From the NCBI RefSeq assembly GCF_009834535.1, contig NC_045697.1:21516001-21580000 (forward strand): a stretch of 64,000 nt of DNA. The letters run 5' to 3'. The notes under the pieces were generated by a model that saw only the letters and a program-made list of their open reading frames with translations, made no database searches and was not told where the DNA came from. A program made the translations under genes and the position numbers. Below are positions 38,641-51,859 of this stretch, one piece after another (within the stretch, counting starts at the first letter, position 1; the number at the start of each line of letters is the position of its first letter). Origin of the DNA: Camelus ferus. Its lineage: Eukaryota.

Positions 38641-41600
38641 TAACCTTCTCTGAATTCCACTCAAAAGTTCCCCACTGAAAATTAGAAGCTTAAGTTAATT
38701 ATAATGGTTAGTAATTTAAGAAAAGATCCTTTTGAGAAAAAGGTCTCTATATTAACACTTTCTATATCACTAACATTTAACACAGTGCTGGTCACGTATT
38801 AGGCACTCTCTAAATGTTTACTGGCTAGCTGACTGGGTGACCTGGTGTAAGACATCAATATAATAATGTCCAACTAAAAGAAAGTTACATTACTGTACCA
38901 AGAACTGGATTGTCTTGCCCACACAGTTTTTAAAAAATATGCATATAAAATATAATATACACTATAATTCACTCAATTCACAATATGAAACACAACAATG
39001 AAGGTAATATTCCCACTGGATATTCCCCATTGACATTCTCTAATGTATTAACTCTCCTGGAAGGAGTTGCATTAATTATTAGATATTTAATTAGATTTTC
39101 ACTAATGGTGTAAACACAATATGAAAATTCACTTTGATTTGCATTGTCATTTAGAATTACTAATCAACTGAGAGGTATGAACAATCATGGCAGGAGACTG
39201 AAACTTCAGCATTGAGGGGTTTTTAAAATATGCTTGGCATCATTAGATGAACATATAGTCTCAATTACAGAATGTGAAATTCCATTAAATTATCCCATAT
39301 GAGCCAATGCCCAGAGGACCATTTTTGATCAGGGTAGAATAACTCATTTTTGAGGACCTTAGGATGGAAAATTTCATATTTTAATGAAAAGTCACATCAT
39401 GAATACTCTTTATTCCTTCACTGTAAAAGGCAGGAACTGTTATTCCCCTTCACTAAGAATAACAGTAGCTTGAAAAAATAAACAGATTTTGGATTTAAAA
39501 ACTAGAAAAATTCTGTAATTTTTACTTATTTTGCCAGTGTTTTTCTTTATAATTATTAGTAGTAAAAATCACAAAGTCACTTGGGATCTATGTCGCTTTT
39601 TGGCGGGGGGGGGGGGTATCAGCTAAACGAGCTAACCCTGCCAATAACACATACCTTTGCCCACAACAGGCATGTGTGTGTGTGCCCCCACATGCACAAC
39701 ACAATATATCCACACATCCTCCTTACTACTATTTATTATAGTATAAAATCTCCTAAGTTTAGGACCAAAGTCATTGTTTTGAACTCTATGTCTCTGATGA
39801 AAACACAGAAATGAATTCTTCACTGCCTCTCCTATGAAACAGTCATTGTCAAATACTTGCACTGCTCTGTAACTACTGACTACATGTCTTTCACTATCTT
39901 AATAAGACCACATACTCCCAACATCAGGCACTGTGGTTTGAACCTCAGTCTATATACCATGTACATAACAAGGCCTAGCCCAGATTTGTTTAAAATCTGT
40001 TTTCTGCAATAGGGCCATAGGTTTGATTGGGATAGTATCTTGCAAGTCTCCTTTGATTTTTGTTTAAAATGAATTTCTAATTCCTCAGTTGTTTTAGTTA
40101 TGATTAGGTTTGCAAATCCAAATGAATTTGGAACAAACCATAATCAACATTTGTATGACTGAATCATAGAAATATGTGCACAATTGGTAAAATATATACC
40201 ACAGTGGTTGGTGGTAAGTAGTCAGTTGTATTACAAAAAAGCAATAATAAAATAAAACAGGCACATGAAAAGTTCAGTAAATTATACAAAAAGTTTATTT
40301 ATGATCTATATAATTTTTCTTACTTTATCTGGGTAATTTTCTTTTTTTATCTATCAAATGATAGGATTAAGAAAGATAATTTTGAAAGTTCTCTTCATTT
40401 CCAAGAAAAATATAGTAGAACTTTAAAAATCTATACATTAATGGCATTTGCATTTATTTATACACAGTTCCTATGTGTTTCTGGCCAGAAGTAGAAATTA
40501 CTGGCTTAAATGTGTGTTGGTTTCCACTGTTCATTAGCTAAAATTGAAGTAAATAAGTATTAAAAATAATAACTATTAAAAACTCAAAGCACTGAATTTT
40601 CTTCCAACTAATTTTATCAGAGCAGCAGTTACATAAGATTCAAATCTATATTTATAATTTTCTTGGTAGTACATGAACTTCAGAATTCCATGTAATAGAA
40701 TTTGTAAGCTATCCACCTCTTTGTCTGTATGTGTCATGAACATTAAATTATTAATGTATTATCTTAGAAGTCACAAGTAAGGATTTAGTTAACAGATGAT
40801 TATTGAATTTTTTTGTAAATTGTGTGTACTGCACTGTAAAAATTTGAAATCTACAATCATAGACTATAGAACAAGCAGATATACACAAGACAAGTTAAGC
40901 CCACACTGTTTCAAGAGGCTTCTATTTTTAAAATGTATTAAATATTTATTTTCACAGATTGATGTGTTTAGGCAAATCATTTTAAAATATGTTGTCACAA
41001 TTACTTTGAAACAACAATAATTTTTATCATTATTGTAATTTTCAGTGTATATTCACATGTGATTCCAACAACTATGACACTGAGTTGCTGAAGCAAAATC
41101 AAACATTTTAGAAATAAAGAAATTAAAGGACAGGAAAATTAATTGACTTGCAGCAATTTTTTTATACTGTCATCTTGGCTAAGCTAGAATAGTTTACAAG
41201 AATCCCCTATCCTGTATGATAGTTTGTTAACTGGCCCAAATAAGAAATTCTTTTTACAAATTTTGGAAGGGGAAAATAAAGCAGCTCATCTGAAATCTGT
41301 TAATTTAGAGGTACGAGTAACAAAGAGATACATGTGGATTCTAGCTAGTTCTTGCTGTCTTTGGCTCCACACCCACATCATCTTCCCAAATGAAAATCTT
41401 GCTGACCAAGAGCCACTGAGACCCAACAGATATGTGGAGACAGCAGCTTTCCATAATCTTTTGCACCAGGTCTCCTTTGCAGACCCACTTGGGCAGCCCA
41501 AACTGCTTTACTTCAAAGGGTTGGTTATTGTCTTTTCCATGAGCCTCCAATTCTCCCTTTTAGAAATTTATGACCCCAGCAATACACACAATTTGGGGAA

Positions 41601-42079
41601 GTGCTATCACATATCTAACCCCTTTTCACATAATACTCATATTTGTTTTCATTTTCAGATTGAATCTGACTGAGACATAACTTCGATGAGATCACACTGC
41701 TATTAAACGTCAGTATTGAAAATCAAATATTTCATACTATTTCTCAATCTTGAAAGAAAGAGTATTTCCAAAAAAAAAAAAAAAGAGGAGTTGTTAAGGT
41801 ATGTATTTACTAAAAAAGAAGTTGGGAGCAAGGAATAAGAGGTTTCAAGAGAGATAGAAGTGAGAAAAAAGGAGATAATCTAGCAGGAGAGAATGATTCA
41901 TGCTTAAGAATGTTTTCATGGTAGCCAATGCTAACTACCAGGTGGCTGGTTATATCAGGAAATACTGGTATAATTGATAACATGGAAAACTTTCAAAGCT
42001 TCATGCCCTTAACTTTCATTGAAGATAAAAATGTCCTGATTTTGTATATAGGTATATATTCTCATATATGTGTGTGTGT

Positions 42080-42460
42080 GGATTTAATCCCCTGAATTTC
42101 AGTGGATTAAACAACAAAGATTTAGAATTTACTCTAGCAAAGTCTGTATCCAGATAAGAAGCAAGATGAACTGTCCCACAACCAGCAACTCAGTGATTCA
42201 GAGTACAAGGAAAGTACCACCATCTTGAAGCAACATCATATGGAGCTTACTGCCTCCTGATGGGCATCTCAGAAAAAGAGGCACCTGCAGAGCCATTGCT
42301 GGTTTTTCCATGCTTTGTGCCAAAATTTATACATGTAAATTTGACTCATGGCCATTGGACAAAGCTAATCACATGACCTTAATGATCTTCAAGTGGATAA
42401 ATAATGTAGTCTTGCTGGTGCACAGAAAGGATACTGATGAACACTGATAATATTCTTTCC
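42080..42460 (-). mobile_element. Old MLT1 (J/K-like) LTR remnant
   Basis: aatttcagtggattaaacaacaaagattt...tgactcatggccattggacaaagctaatcacatgacc. Confidence 0.6.
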
Positions 42461-42669
42461 ATAAAGCTTAATATTTGAAATAATTTTCTCATTAATAAAA
42501 TGGAAGGCAATAATATTCCCCTATTAGAACAATTAGGGAATCAAATGCAGGCATATAGCACTCAATAATATTAGACATTATCAAAATCATCATTATCATC
42601 ATCATCATTCTCTATATCTCTAGTCTTTGACAACATGTATCACTGAGGCTGATAGATTTTGACAAAAAA

Positions 42670-42832
42670 CATAAAATATTAGAGCTGGAAAGAATTTTAG
42701 AAATTACCTACTCTGATCCTGTCCTTTCATTTATGAGAAAAGAGATGTCCCATCAGTTAAGTGACCTACCTGGGCCCAAATCTCCTTAACAGCAAAATTG
42801 GAAACAGATGTCTAAGTCCAGTGTCCTTTGTT
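42670..42832 (-). mobile_element. MIR3-like SINE fragment
   Basis: cataaaatattagagctggaaagaattttagaaattacctactctg...ttatgagaaaagaga...gttaagtgacctacc. Confidence 0.6.
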
Positions 42833-43842
42833 CTCAAGATAGGGAAATTAGAACTTTCTATCAAGCATAGACTGAAGATATCCAACTCTTTCGTATACTG
42901 CTAAATCTGTTCCATGTTACCTTTGGTTCATTTTACTCCATCATTAATTGACATTTTGTAATTAATTAAAATCTTCCCAAAGGTGTCAGCTTAATGATTT
43001 TATAAGCATGGCAGAAATATGTTGATATAGTAAAGCCCTTATTGCCTGAGCAAATGCATTTTCCAATTTCTAAGAACTAGTCACCCAAGGAAATTTTGCT
43101 TACTGTGCTAAAAATTAGGGATTTTCATGGGGGGAAATGAACAAGAAAAAATTAAAAAGTGAAACTGTTAATAGATCAGTTTACTTAAAATATTTATTAT
43201 TGAAAGAAAGTAGTATTTGACTTATAATGATACAAATGATTTTTTATTCTCCCATTTCCCCAAAAAAAAAAAAAGATGCTATTAGAATTGTATGGTTCAA
43301 TAAAACCTTACAGAACACAAAATCAAGAATATAACTAACATTCTTGCCATTATGAACTTTCTTTGGGGAAGAAATTTGTACCATCTGGAAATATATGAAT
43401 AAGACAGAAAAGGCCAGGTGACAAAAACACATTAAATTGCTTAATAAATGGATAAAACTTAAAATGCTAAATGCCAAAATGTCAAAATTCCACTTCAAGT
43501 TTAGAAATGCTATTTTAAAAGACTTTCCAAAGCATTTTACCACTTTTTCTATGAAATCAAAAATTTCTTTTTAATTAATCACCTACAGATGCATAAGAAC
43601 CTCATTCAGACTCACAAAAAGACCAACCAAGAAATATGTTTGCTATATCCATGGCATGTTGCTGACACAATTGAGAAAAAAAGAGAGAGTGATGAGTGTG
43701 TGTGTGTGTGTGTGTGTATGTGTGTATGCATGTGTTTGGGGAGGGGCAGGAGGTTTGAAGGTGAAGTAGACAGGGAAAAAAGAGGCTTTGTTTATGGTGT
43801 TTTAAACTTAACAGATAATAAAAACACTGATGTAAATTTATT

Positions 43843-43877
43843 TACACTTGCTCTTAGCCAAAAGGCCAAGAAGCGAT
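43843..43877 (-). pseudogene. RNU2: Tailless 3'-truncated U2 snRNA retropseudogene (U2 nt ~1-35)
   Basis: Reverse complement atcgcttcttggccttttggctaagagcaagtgta matches the U2 5' end ATCGCTTCTCGGCCTTTTGGCTAAGATCAAGTGTA with 2 mismatches. Perfect 16-bp TSD gatgtaaatttattta at 43829-43844 and 43878-43893. Confidence 0.95.
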
Positions 43878-44164
43878 GATGTAAATTTATTTAAATCTGC
43901 AATGTTTCATCATTACAAAGAATGGAAATCAAAATGCATTAAGGTTAAAGAAACCTAGATGCTAAAAATAGAAAGATGTGTTGCATAAATGAACTGCATC
44001 TAAAAACTGTTATTCTCATTAATGTGTATTAAGAATCACAATTTCATTTATTTGTCAATTATTCCTGAGTTAAATGAAAAATAAAATTAAAAAGTCACAA
44101 TACACTATATTATATCTTACAGAACAGAATGGGTCTTTAAACAGAACAACTTTCAAGCAATGAA

Positions 44165-44714
44165 TTGGGGGAAGTACACAAGGCAGAAGTCAGAAAGGCT
44201 AGTTAGGAAAGTACTGTAGTTGACCAGGAGAGAATGTAAAGGGTTATAAATAGGTGGATTTATTCAAGAATTATTAAGGAGATAGAATTGATGGGCTTAT
44301 GTACTATTTAAAAGTAGGACATGAAGTTGACAAATATAGATTGACCTTCATTCAAGATTCTTGCTGGAGTAACTGAGTCAAAGGAGTGACTTACAGCAAT
44401 AGAGAGAGTGGGGAAGAGATAAGAAGATAGGGAAATGCACCAAGTGTACTGAATTCAGTTTTAGATATGTTGGGTAATCTGTGCCTGATTTTAGAAGACA
44501 TATGCAATTTTGGTATATAAATGAGTACTAGTTTAAACCACAGCTTTTGATATTATTCCAAAACTGTATGTAAAGGACGATCCGTAAGAAGACCAGCATT
44601 TTAGGCATTATAGGGGATGGTAAATCCAAATTTTTTAGAGACTCTTAAAGAATCATAATAAAGTTGAAAGAGCCTGGAAAGAATACTGGATTTGATAAAG
44701 AAAAGAAAAGGTGA
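44165..44714 (-). mobile_element. L2 fragment
   Basis: ggctagttaggaaagtactgtagttgaccaggagaga...ggagatagaattgatgggctt...tgaattcagttttagatatgttg. Confidence 0.6.
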
Positions 44715-45145
44715 TGTAGTAATTGACAAGGCCTGCAAAGGACCACAGAGCAAGCGGCTTAGACGGCAGCAATGGATTGTTCTGGAGGCTAAAAGTCTGA
44801 GATCTAGGTGTTAGTGGGGCTGATTCCTTCTAGGGTTTCTCCCCTAGTTTCTGGTGCTTTTCTGGCAGTCCTTAGCATTCCTTGGTGTGAAGAAGCATTG
44901 CCCCGATCTCTACCTTCATTTTCACGTGGCATTCTCCCTGTGTCCATGTGTATCCATGCTCTAATATTCCCTTTTCACAGGGACTCCGGTCATATTAGGT
45001 TAGAGACCCACACTAGTCCAACATGATTTCATCTTCACTAATCACACCTTCAACAGCTCTATTCCATATAAGGTCACATTCTGAGGCAGCCAAGTTTTAG
45101 ACTTCAGCATACAAATTATACAGGGACACAGTTCATTCCATAACG
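44715..45145 (-). mobile_element. MLT1C-like MaLR LTR
   Basis: ttctggaggctaaaagtctgagatctaggtgttag...ccttagcattccttgg...ttcacgtggcattctccctgtgt...ataaggtcacattctgagg...gacacagttcattccataac. Confidence 0.85.
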
Positions 45146-45240
45146 AGATTCTAGAAAAGGCAGCTGTCGAATAAAAAAAAAAATTCAGAGATCTAAAGTA
45201 CAGGGCAGATTAAAAGTGTCTATTAAATATGACAACTAGC

Positions 45241-45390
45241 GGGGAGGGTATTTAGCTCAGTGGTAGAGCGCATGCTTAGTATACGCTGTGTCCTGGGTTC
45301 AGTCCCCAGTATCTTCACTGAAATAAATAAATAAATACATACATACATACATACACACATACCTCCCCCCATTAAAACAAAACTAAAAAA
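45241..45390 (+). mobile_element. tRNA-Ala-derived SINE (camelid Vic-1-like)
   Basis: ggggagggtatttagctcagtggtagagcgcatgcttag...gtcctgggttcagtccccagt. TSD aaatatgacaactag (45225-45239) / aaatatgaccacaag (45388-45402). Confidence 0.9.
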
Positions 45391-45699
45391 TATGACCACA
45401 AGGAAAGTCATTTTTACTAACCAGTTTCAATTGGTGGTAGAGGCTGATGTTGAAAATCATTTACTTAGTTTAAAAGATAAACTAGAGACAATAAATTTAA
45501 ACTCATTTAAAAAGGCACTTGGATTTGAAGTGAAGGTCAAATATAAAGACACAGTTAGAAGAGGGAGTTTGATCTTGAATTAAATATGAGAAAAAGATAG
45601 ATGTTCAATTTTTTATTTAATTTGGCCTACCTTGAAATTTCTTTTGAGAAAGTATCTTGTGGAGATAGACCTGGGCTGCCTGGATCTATTTCTGGAAGT

Positions 45700-45905
45700 A
45701 ACATGGTCTAGCAGAACGAGTAAGAGATTTGGAGTCACAAGATTCACTGTGTGGTTCTGGATCTGAAATCTAAACTGTGCAACTTTGAACATGTTTACTG
45801 ACCTCTCTTGGACTCACTTCTCTTCAATTGTAGATAATAGCATTCCTGCACCAGAATGTTATGAAAATTAAATATTATTATGTTGTCTAAATGCACTTTT
45901 TATCA
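45700..45905 (+). mobile_element. MIR SINE
   Basis: catggtctagcagaacgag...tttggagtcacaaga...ctgtgcaactttgaacatg...acctctcttggactcacttctcttca...gttatgaaaattaaat. Confidence 0.65.
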
Positions 45906-48689
45906 AAATATTATATGTGTATATTATTTTTTATATTGTCAGCATCATTTTATTCTGTCTTATGTTCCCTCATATTAAAATTATTTGTGGTAGCTATAAA
46001 GCTTTTATAAACATTTAGAAAATGCAGAATTTGACTTCCTCTGATTGCCAGAGCATAGGAAGGATTGTTAGAAACATAACCATCTTTCCAAAATACTACA
46101 TCTTTTTGTCTTAAAATACTAAAGGAATGTATTACTATAAAAATGTGTTGTATTGTGGCAATGGCAGAAACAAATCTTAAGAAAACTTTATGAACATCAC
46201 TCAAGACACAGAATGTGCAAACCAAATGGCAGCAAAAACAGAAACATTTTTGAATTTAATAAAATAGTACAATTGCATTCTGGTGCATGGACATCAACCC
46301 ACAGGAAATATTAATAGCTATTATACTCACATTTATAATTCAATAAAATGTAATTTTATATCCTTTTTAAAATCAGAAAACACTAATAAGATGGATTGAT
46401 TAAATTAGATGTGAGTAATGACAATGATGACATAGAGAAAATGGGAAACCACAATGTTGTTTCAATCACAAAAGCCCTCAGTGTTTGCTTCCCCAAACTA
46501 AAAGCAGATACTGGCCCTTTAAAGATTGATATGAAAATTTTGAAATTGTGAATTTTCTCATCTTAAAGTGCTCCATTTGTTCTATACAGTGAATTAAAAT
46601 GTGTTAAATTTATATTCTATTTACCTGTAACATCAGGTTGTCTGACAGACTATAACACTGCATAATTTATCCAAAAGTTTAATTGAATTAAACTAAATAT
46701 CTAAGGAGATATATATATTATGATTTATTAAAAAGTAGCTTATTTTTATTTTTTGGGTACACTTTGTAAGGAAAGTAATAACCTATCAAGTCATATTCCA
46801 GAGCATTCTGTGCCTACCATCCCCTCCAGCCATCCACAGGTAGTGTGATTGCCCTGATCACCTACTCCAATTACCCCGCAAGCATGCTGCATGTAAGGAG
46901 CATGACCTCAGTGTTTCACATACAAAAGGGAAACTTAAATCGTCTTAGTGCTGTGCTTAGACATTTACACTGAATCTGTCATTCTAGCCAGTGGCAGAAT
47001 TCTCCAGTTGAGTATGCTATGGAGTTTCCTATTGAAACACTCATCTTCACCCAGCATCTTCATGATGTGTACATGTTAGTGATCAAAATGCTCAAGTACA
47101 CTTCTGCAAGAAAGTACATGTATTGAGGAACACATAAAAAAGGAAGTACCCTCAACTCATTTGTCTTATTGATTGAGTATATTTACACCTTGTCTCTTTC
47201 CCAAAACAAGTGGAAACATTTCTTCTTCTACTTTCCCTTTGAATGCAAGTTACTAAGGATTTATCTCCTGGAAAATGGGAAGAATGTATTACTCACCTCT
47301 ACAGTAAAGTGTATAGTATAATACAGTATAGTATAATATAATATAATATAATATGTAGCATATATGTTGTAGCATGTATAACATAACATATTCTATATGT
47401 GGCATGTGTATGTGTGGTAAAGTTGTTCATGCTGGTTGTTGAAATACTTGTCATCTTCTCATTGTACTATGGGTGTCTGGGGGTCTGTAACACATCACAA
47501 TTTTATCTATATTTTGTTCTCTCCTAAAGGAATTATCAGGACTAACACAGATCTTGATATGCATTAAGTCCGATCAACATTTACTCAATGAATAGCATCA
47601 TCCAAATATATTTAAAATGAAATACAGCTACCTGTCCCATGCTCTAAGCACAGACTTAAAGGAACCAAAAATAATTATAACAATCACATAACATCCTGAA
47701 GGCCTTCAGTGTCGAGGACTGAGCAGTGTCTAAAGTTTCTTTAGAACACACTTCAACTCTTTCACAATAGATCAATTTTGCTTTTGGCATCTGAGAAATA
47801 TTTTCTCCTCTGAATGAGCAGCTGACTTACTGAGAGCAAGTGACGTTAGAGCAGAGGAAGGCAGGACACAAATGCCTACTCTTGGTTCTGAAACTCACTT
47901 TTCTTTTCTGTGAGACAAGGGTTGAGAGTCATAAAACTACAGGTTTATAAGAGGATTTACACTGATTCTTTATTAAAGGAGATGTGGGCCAGACTGCCAG
48001 TTATCTATCATTCAATGTCCACTGCTCCTTTCCTGGGTAGAAATGATACTTGTACTTATCTGGGAACATTTCCCAGCATGACTTGTAGCTAGATTTAGTG
48101 ACTAAATTGTAGTCAGTCACATATAAAAGTAAGTGTCACTTGTTCTTTGAGTACAATTTTAAAGGGTTTCAATGCCCTTCTTCATCCTTCTTCTTTTCAG
48201 CTGCCCCAGATACATATGCACTGGCTTGAGGAATCAGCACGTTGAAAGGACTTGAAAGTGGAAGCCCACCTCCAGCCCACTGTCCTTCTCAACAGCAGCG
48301 CAATAGGACTGGTTCCTGACATTGTGCCCTGTGGAGCTGTCATTACAGCTTGACACCCCCCTCGCCAGAGAACTTGACCTACCTCGTCACAGGGCTTAAC
48401 ACGGTTTAGGATGATGGCACACATTCCAAGCCAACTTTATGATTTCCTTTTTGGTGATCTCCTCCTGTTGAAAACTGAAATGTTCTCCCAACTGTTGTTT
48501 TCTGACGTTGGTTATTTTAAGTGTCCACTATCAGATTGCCATTCTCCCCTCTCTTTTCTCATGTTCTCCTCTGAATGGATATCCATCCCTTTGTCATCAT
48601 TTTGTCTAGTTTTCTGATATCCTAACCATTCTCTTAATTTCCAGTTCCACCTCCTGTATACAAGGAACATTATTCTGGAAGACACTTCC

Positions 48690-49306
48690 CTGAAACCTGA
48701 GTTTCAACAGAAACCTTGGGGCAAGGGTTCTGCCCATACAGTGAGAACAAGCAATTATAACCTTAAGAGAGCATGGGAATTCCAATGTCACTGATGTCAT
48801 CCCACGATTCTTCCGTTTCAGTCAATAAATAAAATGCACCTTTGATGATGACTACATGGCCAGGCCACTCAAGATGCCTCCTCTCTGTCCATCTCCTGCT
48901 TGACTGGTGCCTGCTTCACCTACACACAACTCATAAGACTGATCTTCCTTCATATTCACCCCAGGCCCCAGCTAATGACTGTTCTAGATTTAGATCAGAA
49001 CTCACCACTATGCTTATCCAAGGGGTGGTGAGAGGCATGACCCTGTGCTGATTACCCTCGTAACCAATGAGCCAACCTGACATCAACTCCCCTATGACTG
49101 GTAACTTCTTCCCCTCCAGGAGCAAAGATTGCCACCACATTCTGCCCTCCGTCCCCCCACACAGTGGGATGTTGCTCCAGCACCTTGCTTCAGATGTGTA
49201 AGTTCACCCTACCCACTGAACTACTGATTGTCTCTGTTGCTGATTCCGGGCTCTTAGGTCTTGGAGCAGGGCTTGTAGACCTGCAGGGTGCAGTCCAGTG
49301 CTGACA
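48690..49306 (+). mobile_element. MER74-like ERVL LTR
   Basis: gattaccctcgtaaccaatgagccaacctgacatcaactccc...tgtctctgttgctgattccgggctc...cttgtagacctgcagggtgcagtcca...ctgaca. Confidence 0.65.
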
Positions 49307-50065
49307 TAGCTAATTAATACCCTCACATAAAACACTTTGTTTATATAAACATAATGTAACTAGTAGCCAAATTGGGTTCAAAAGAATGGAAATACATGGA
49401 GATCAGAAGCAACCTTAGCTCTAGGGTCCTCAGAAAGCCCAGATTCAGTGGGATATCATGGTACAGCACAAGGCTTGTGGGGAGAAATGAATAGCAGGCA
49501 CAGCTTTGCCCATCTCTTATCTAATTCTCAATAGTTCCTTCTGCTATTGGACCAACCTGGGATGTGTCTATGTCCATTCAAATACTATCCCTTTCTGAAA
49601 CTTTTGTGAGTGTTTCAGTGCACAGTCACGTTAATCATGATGTTTTGCTCATGATGCCACTTAAACTTGTCATCATCTTGCATTGTTTCAAAATATTGAA
49701 TGTATGTAATTACTCTAATTATTTATGTTGCCTTATTTTAGTTGTGATGGTTATATATTTTTCCAGGTTTATTTTCTTCTCTTGTAAAACTGTCTGCTCA
49801 AGCAAAGTAGATCTACCCAATGTTTCACAATGATACCCTGTACATTTCTTTGCCTTCCCAAAATGTTACTTTAAATATTCTATTTGAAGAGTTTTCTCTC
49901 TCTTCTCACTCTGTGTGAATAGTGTTCATCCTTCAAAAACCAGTCAATGCCAGTGACTTCAAAAGGGTCATTCCTCTCACAAAAGTGTATCTGACCTTGT
50001 GAGTATGCTTTTTCTCAGAAAAAAAAAACATGAATTTGCATAATTTGTTTGGCAGTTTCTATATG

Positions 50066-50867
50066 CAGGTATATCTTATTTTATTGTGCTTCACTTAACT
50101 GTACTTTGCAGATACTGAGTTTTTTCTTTACAAATTGAAAGTTTGTGGCAACCCTGTCTCCAGCAAATCTACCAGCACCGTCTTTCCATGTTGTGCCTCT
50201 CTGTCACACTTTGGTAATTTTCCCAGTATTTCAAACTTTTTCATTATTATTATATTTGTTATGGTGACCTGTGATCTTTGATGTTACTATTGTAATTGTT
50301 TCAGAGTGCCATGAACCCCACTCACATGAGATGAAAACCAGATTCACAGATGCTGTGTGTGTTCTGACTGCTCCATTGACTTGACTGTTCCCCCATCTCT
50401 CTTTCTTTCCTTGGGCCTCACTATTCCCTGAGACACAATAATATTTAAATTAGATGAGTTGATAACCCTACAATGGCCTCTAAGTGTTCAAGTGAAAGAA
50501 GGAATCAATCAATATTTTGCTATCAATTATTATTTATTATTTTAAGAAATTGCCGCAGACATCTCAACTTTCAGCAACTGCTAGCCTGATCTGTCAGCAT
50601 CGAGGCAAGACCCTTCACAAGTAAAAAAATTATGACTCACTGAAGGCTCAGATGATGGCTAACAGTTTTTAAAGTATTTTTAATTGAGGTATGTGTATTG
50701 CTTTTTTAGATATAATGGTATTGCAAGCTAAATAGACTACAATGTAGTATAACATAAATTTTATATGCACTTGGAAACAAGAAACATCATGTGGCTCACT
50801 TTATTGCAATATGTGCTTTATGGAGGTGGTCTGGAATTGAACATGCAATATCTTTGAGATATGCCTG
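50066..50867 (+). mobile_element. Internally deleted Tigger1 DNA transposon
   Basis: TIRs caggtatatct...agatatgcctg. The left arm runs through the transposase start (aaccctacaatggcctctaagtgttcaagtgaaag) and is joined to the right arm (attttaagaaattgcc...ctgaaggctcagatgat). Confidence 0.9.
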
Positions 50868-51348
50868 TGTAGCTCCTTCTATCATGTATCTAATTATGTC
50901 CCTATGAATCTACTTTCATATCTACACATATATCACTTAGTTTGTAAATGCTAAGAAAGTTAATACAATTTGAGGTACCACTTCACACCTACCAGGATGG
51001 CTATCATAAAAAAAAAGAAAAAGAAAAAGAAAAAGATGGAGCACGGACGGGCAGACGCCAGAGCCTGTCCAGAGCGTGTGGAAGCTGGGCAGGAGTGGGT
51101 GCTCCTGGACCAGCACCCCGAAGAGGAAGATGGCCTCCAGAGGGGGCGGCCGCCTCCGCTGCTGCCACCGGGCAGGTGAGCCTGCCCGGCGAGTGGAGGC
51201 TGCTCGGGACCCTGGGCATCAGCTCCGCACCTGCCTTCCGGGTCACAGGCGACCTGGGGCGGAATAACAGGGGGTGTGAGGCCCGGGCCTTTGGGAGCTT
51301 GTGGGCCTGACCTGGAGATCAAAAGCTTCTGGCGACCACAGCAGCGAG

Positions 51349-51859
51349 AAAAGACAGATGTGATGCAAAGCCTGGAGAACTAGACATCCAAGTGTCCCAG
51401 GACCGTGGTGCTCATCACCCTCCCAGATGGCCTCCCCCTACCCCCGGCACCCTTCACCAAACTGTCCGTCATCAGGCTTCCAGTGGGTCCACGGAGGTGT
51501 GTGTAAAGTTCAGCTGACGGTATATAACCCAATGCCATTTGAACTCCGTGTGGAAAACATGGCTACCACACCACGGTCTTCAGTGTCTTCAGTGACTGTG
51601 CTGGACCACCTTCCAGGAATAAAGTTGAGCAGCTGCACATGGAGGTCATCCCTGCTCTGTCCAGACCGTGGATCAGCACCTCTCTGCCCAGGGCTGTACA
51701 CTCACTTACTGCAACCTTCCTCTGGTGGTGAAACATCTACTAACATGTCAGTGCCGCTTTACAGCAGAGAAACTCATCACCTGCTTGTTAAGCTGGAAAA
51801 CACCAGGGTGGAACCCCTGGAGGAGCTGGAAGTCACCTCAGAAATTCTCATCAGCAATG
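51349..51859 (+). pseudogene. TRAPPC9: TRAPPC9-derived segment (four exon-like blocks with stop and frameshifts)
   Basis: Blocks translate as [155 protein letters not shown]. Each matches recalled TRAPPC9 (NIBP) sequence, in the native order. Confidence 0.9.

Noticed and set aside
41224..41673. 149-aa ORF
   Set aside because: Non-ATG start, no recognisable domain, and it partly overlaps decayed repeat-like sequence.
45241..45312. tRNA-Ala-like sequence (also 18160-18230)
   Set aside because: It is a SINE head with AT-rich body, tail and TSD. The anticodon arm and acceptor stem are degenerate, so it is not a tRNA gene.
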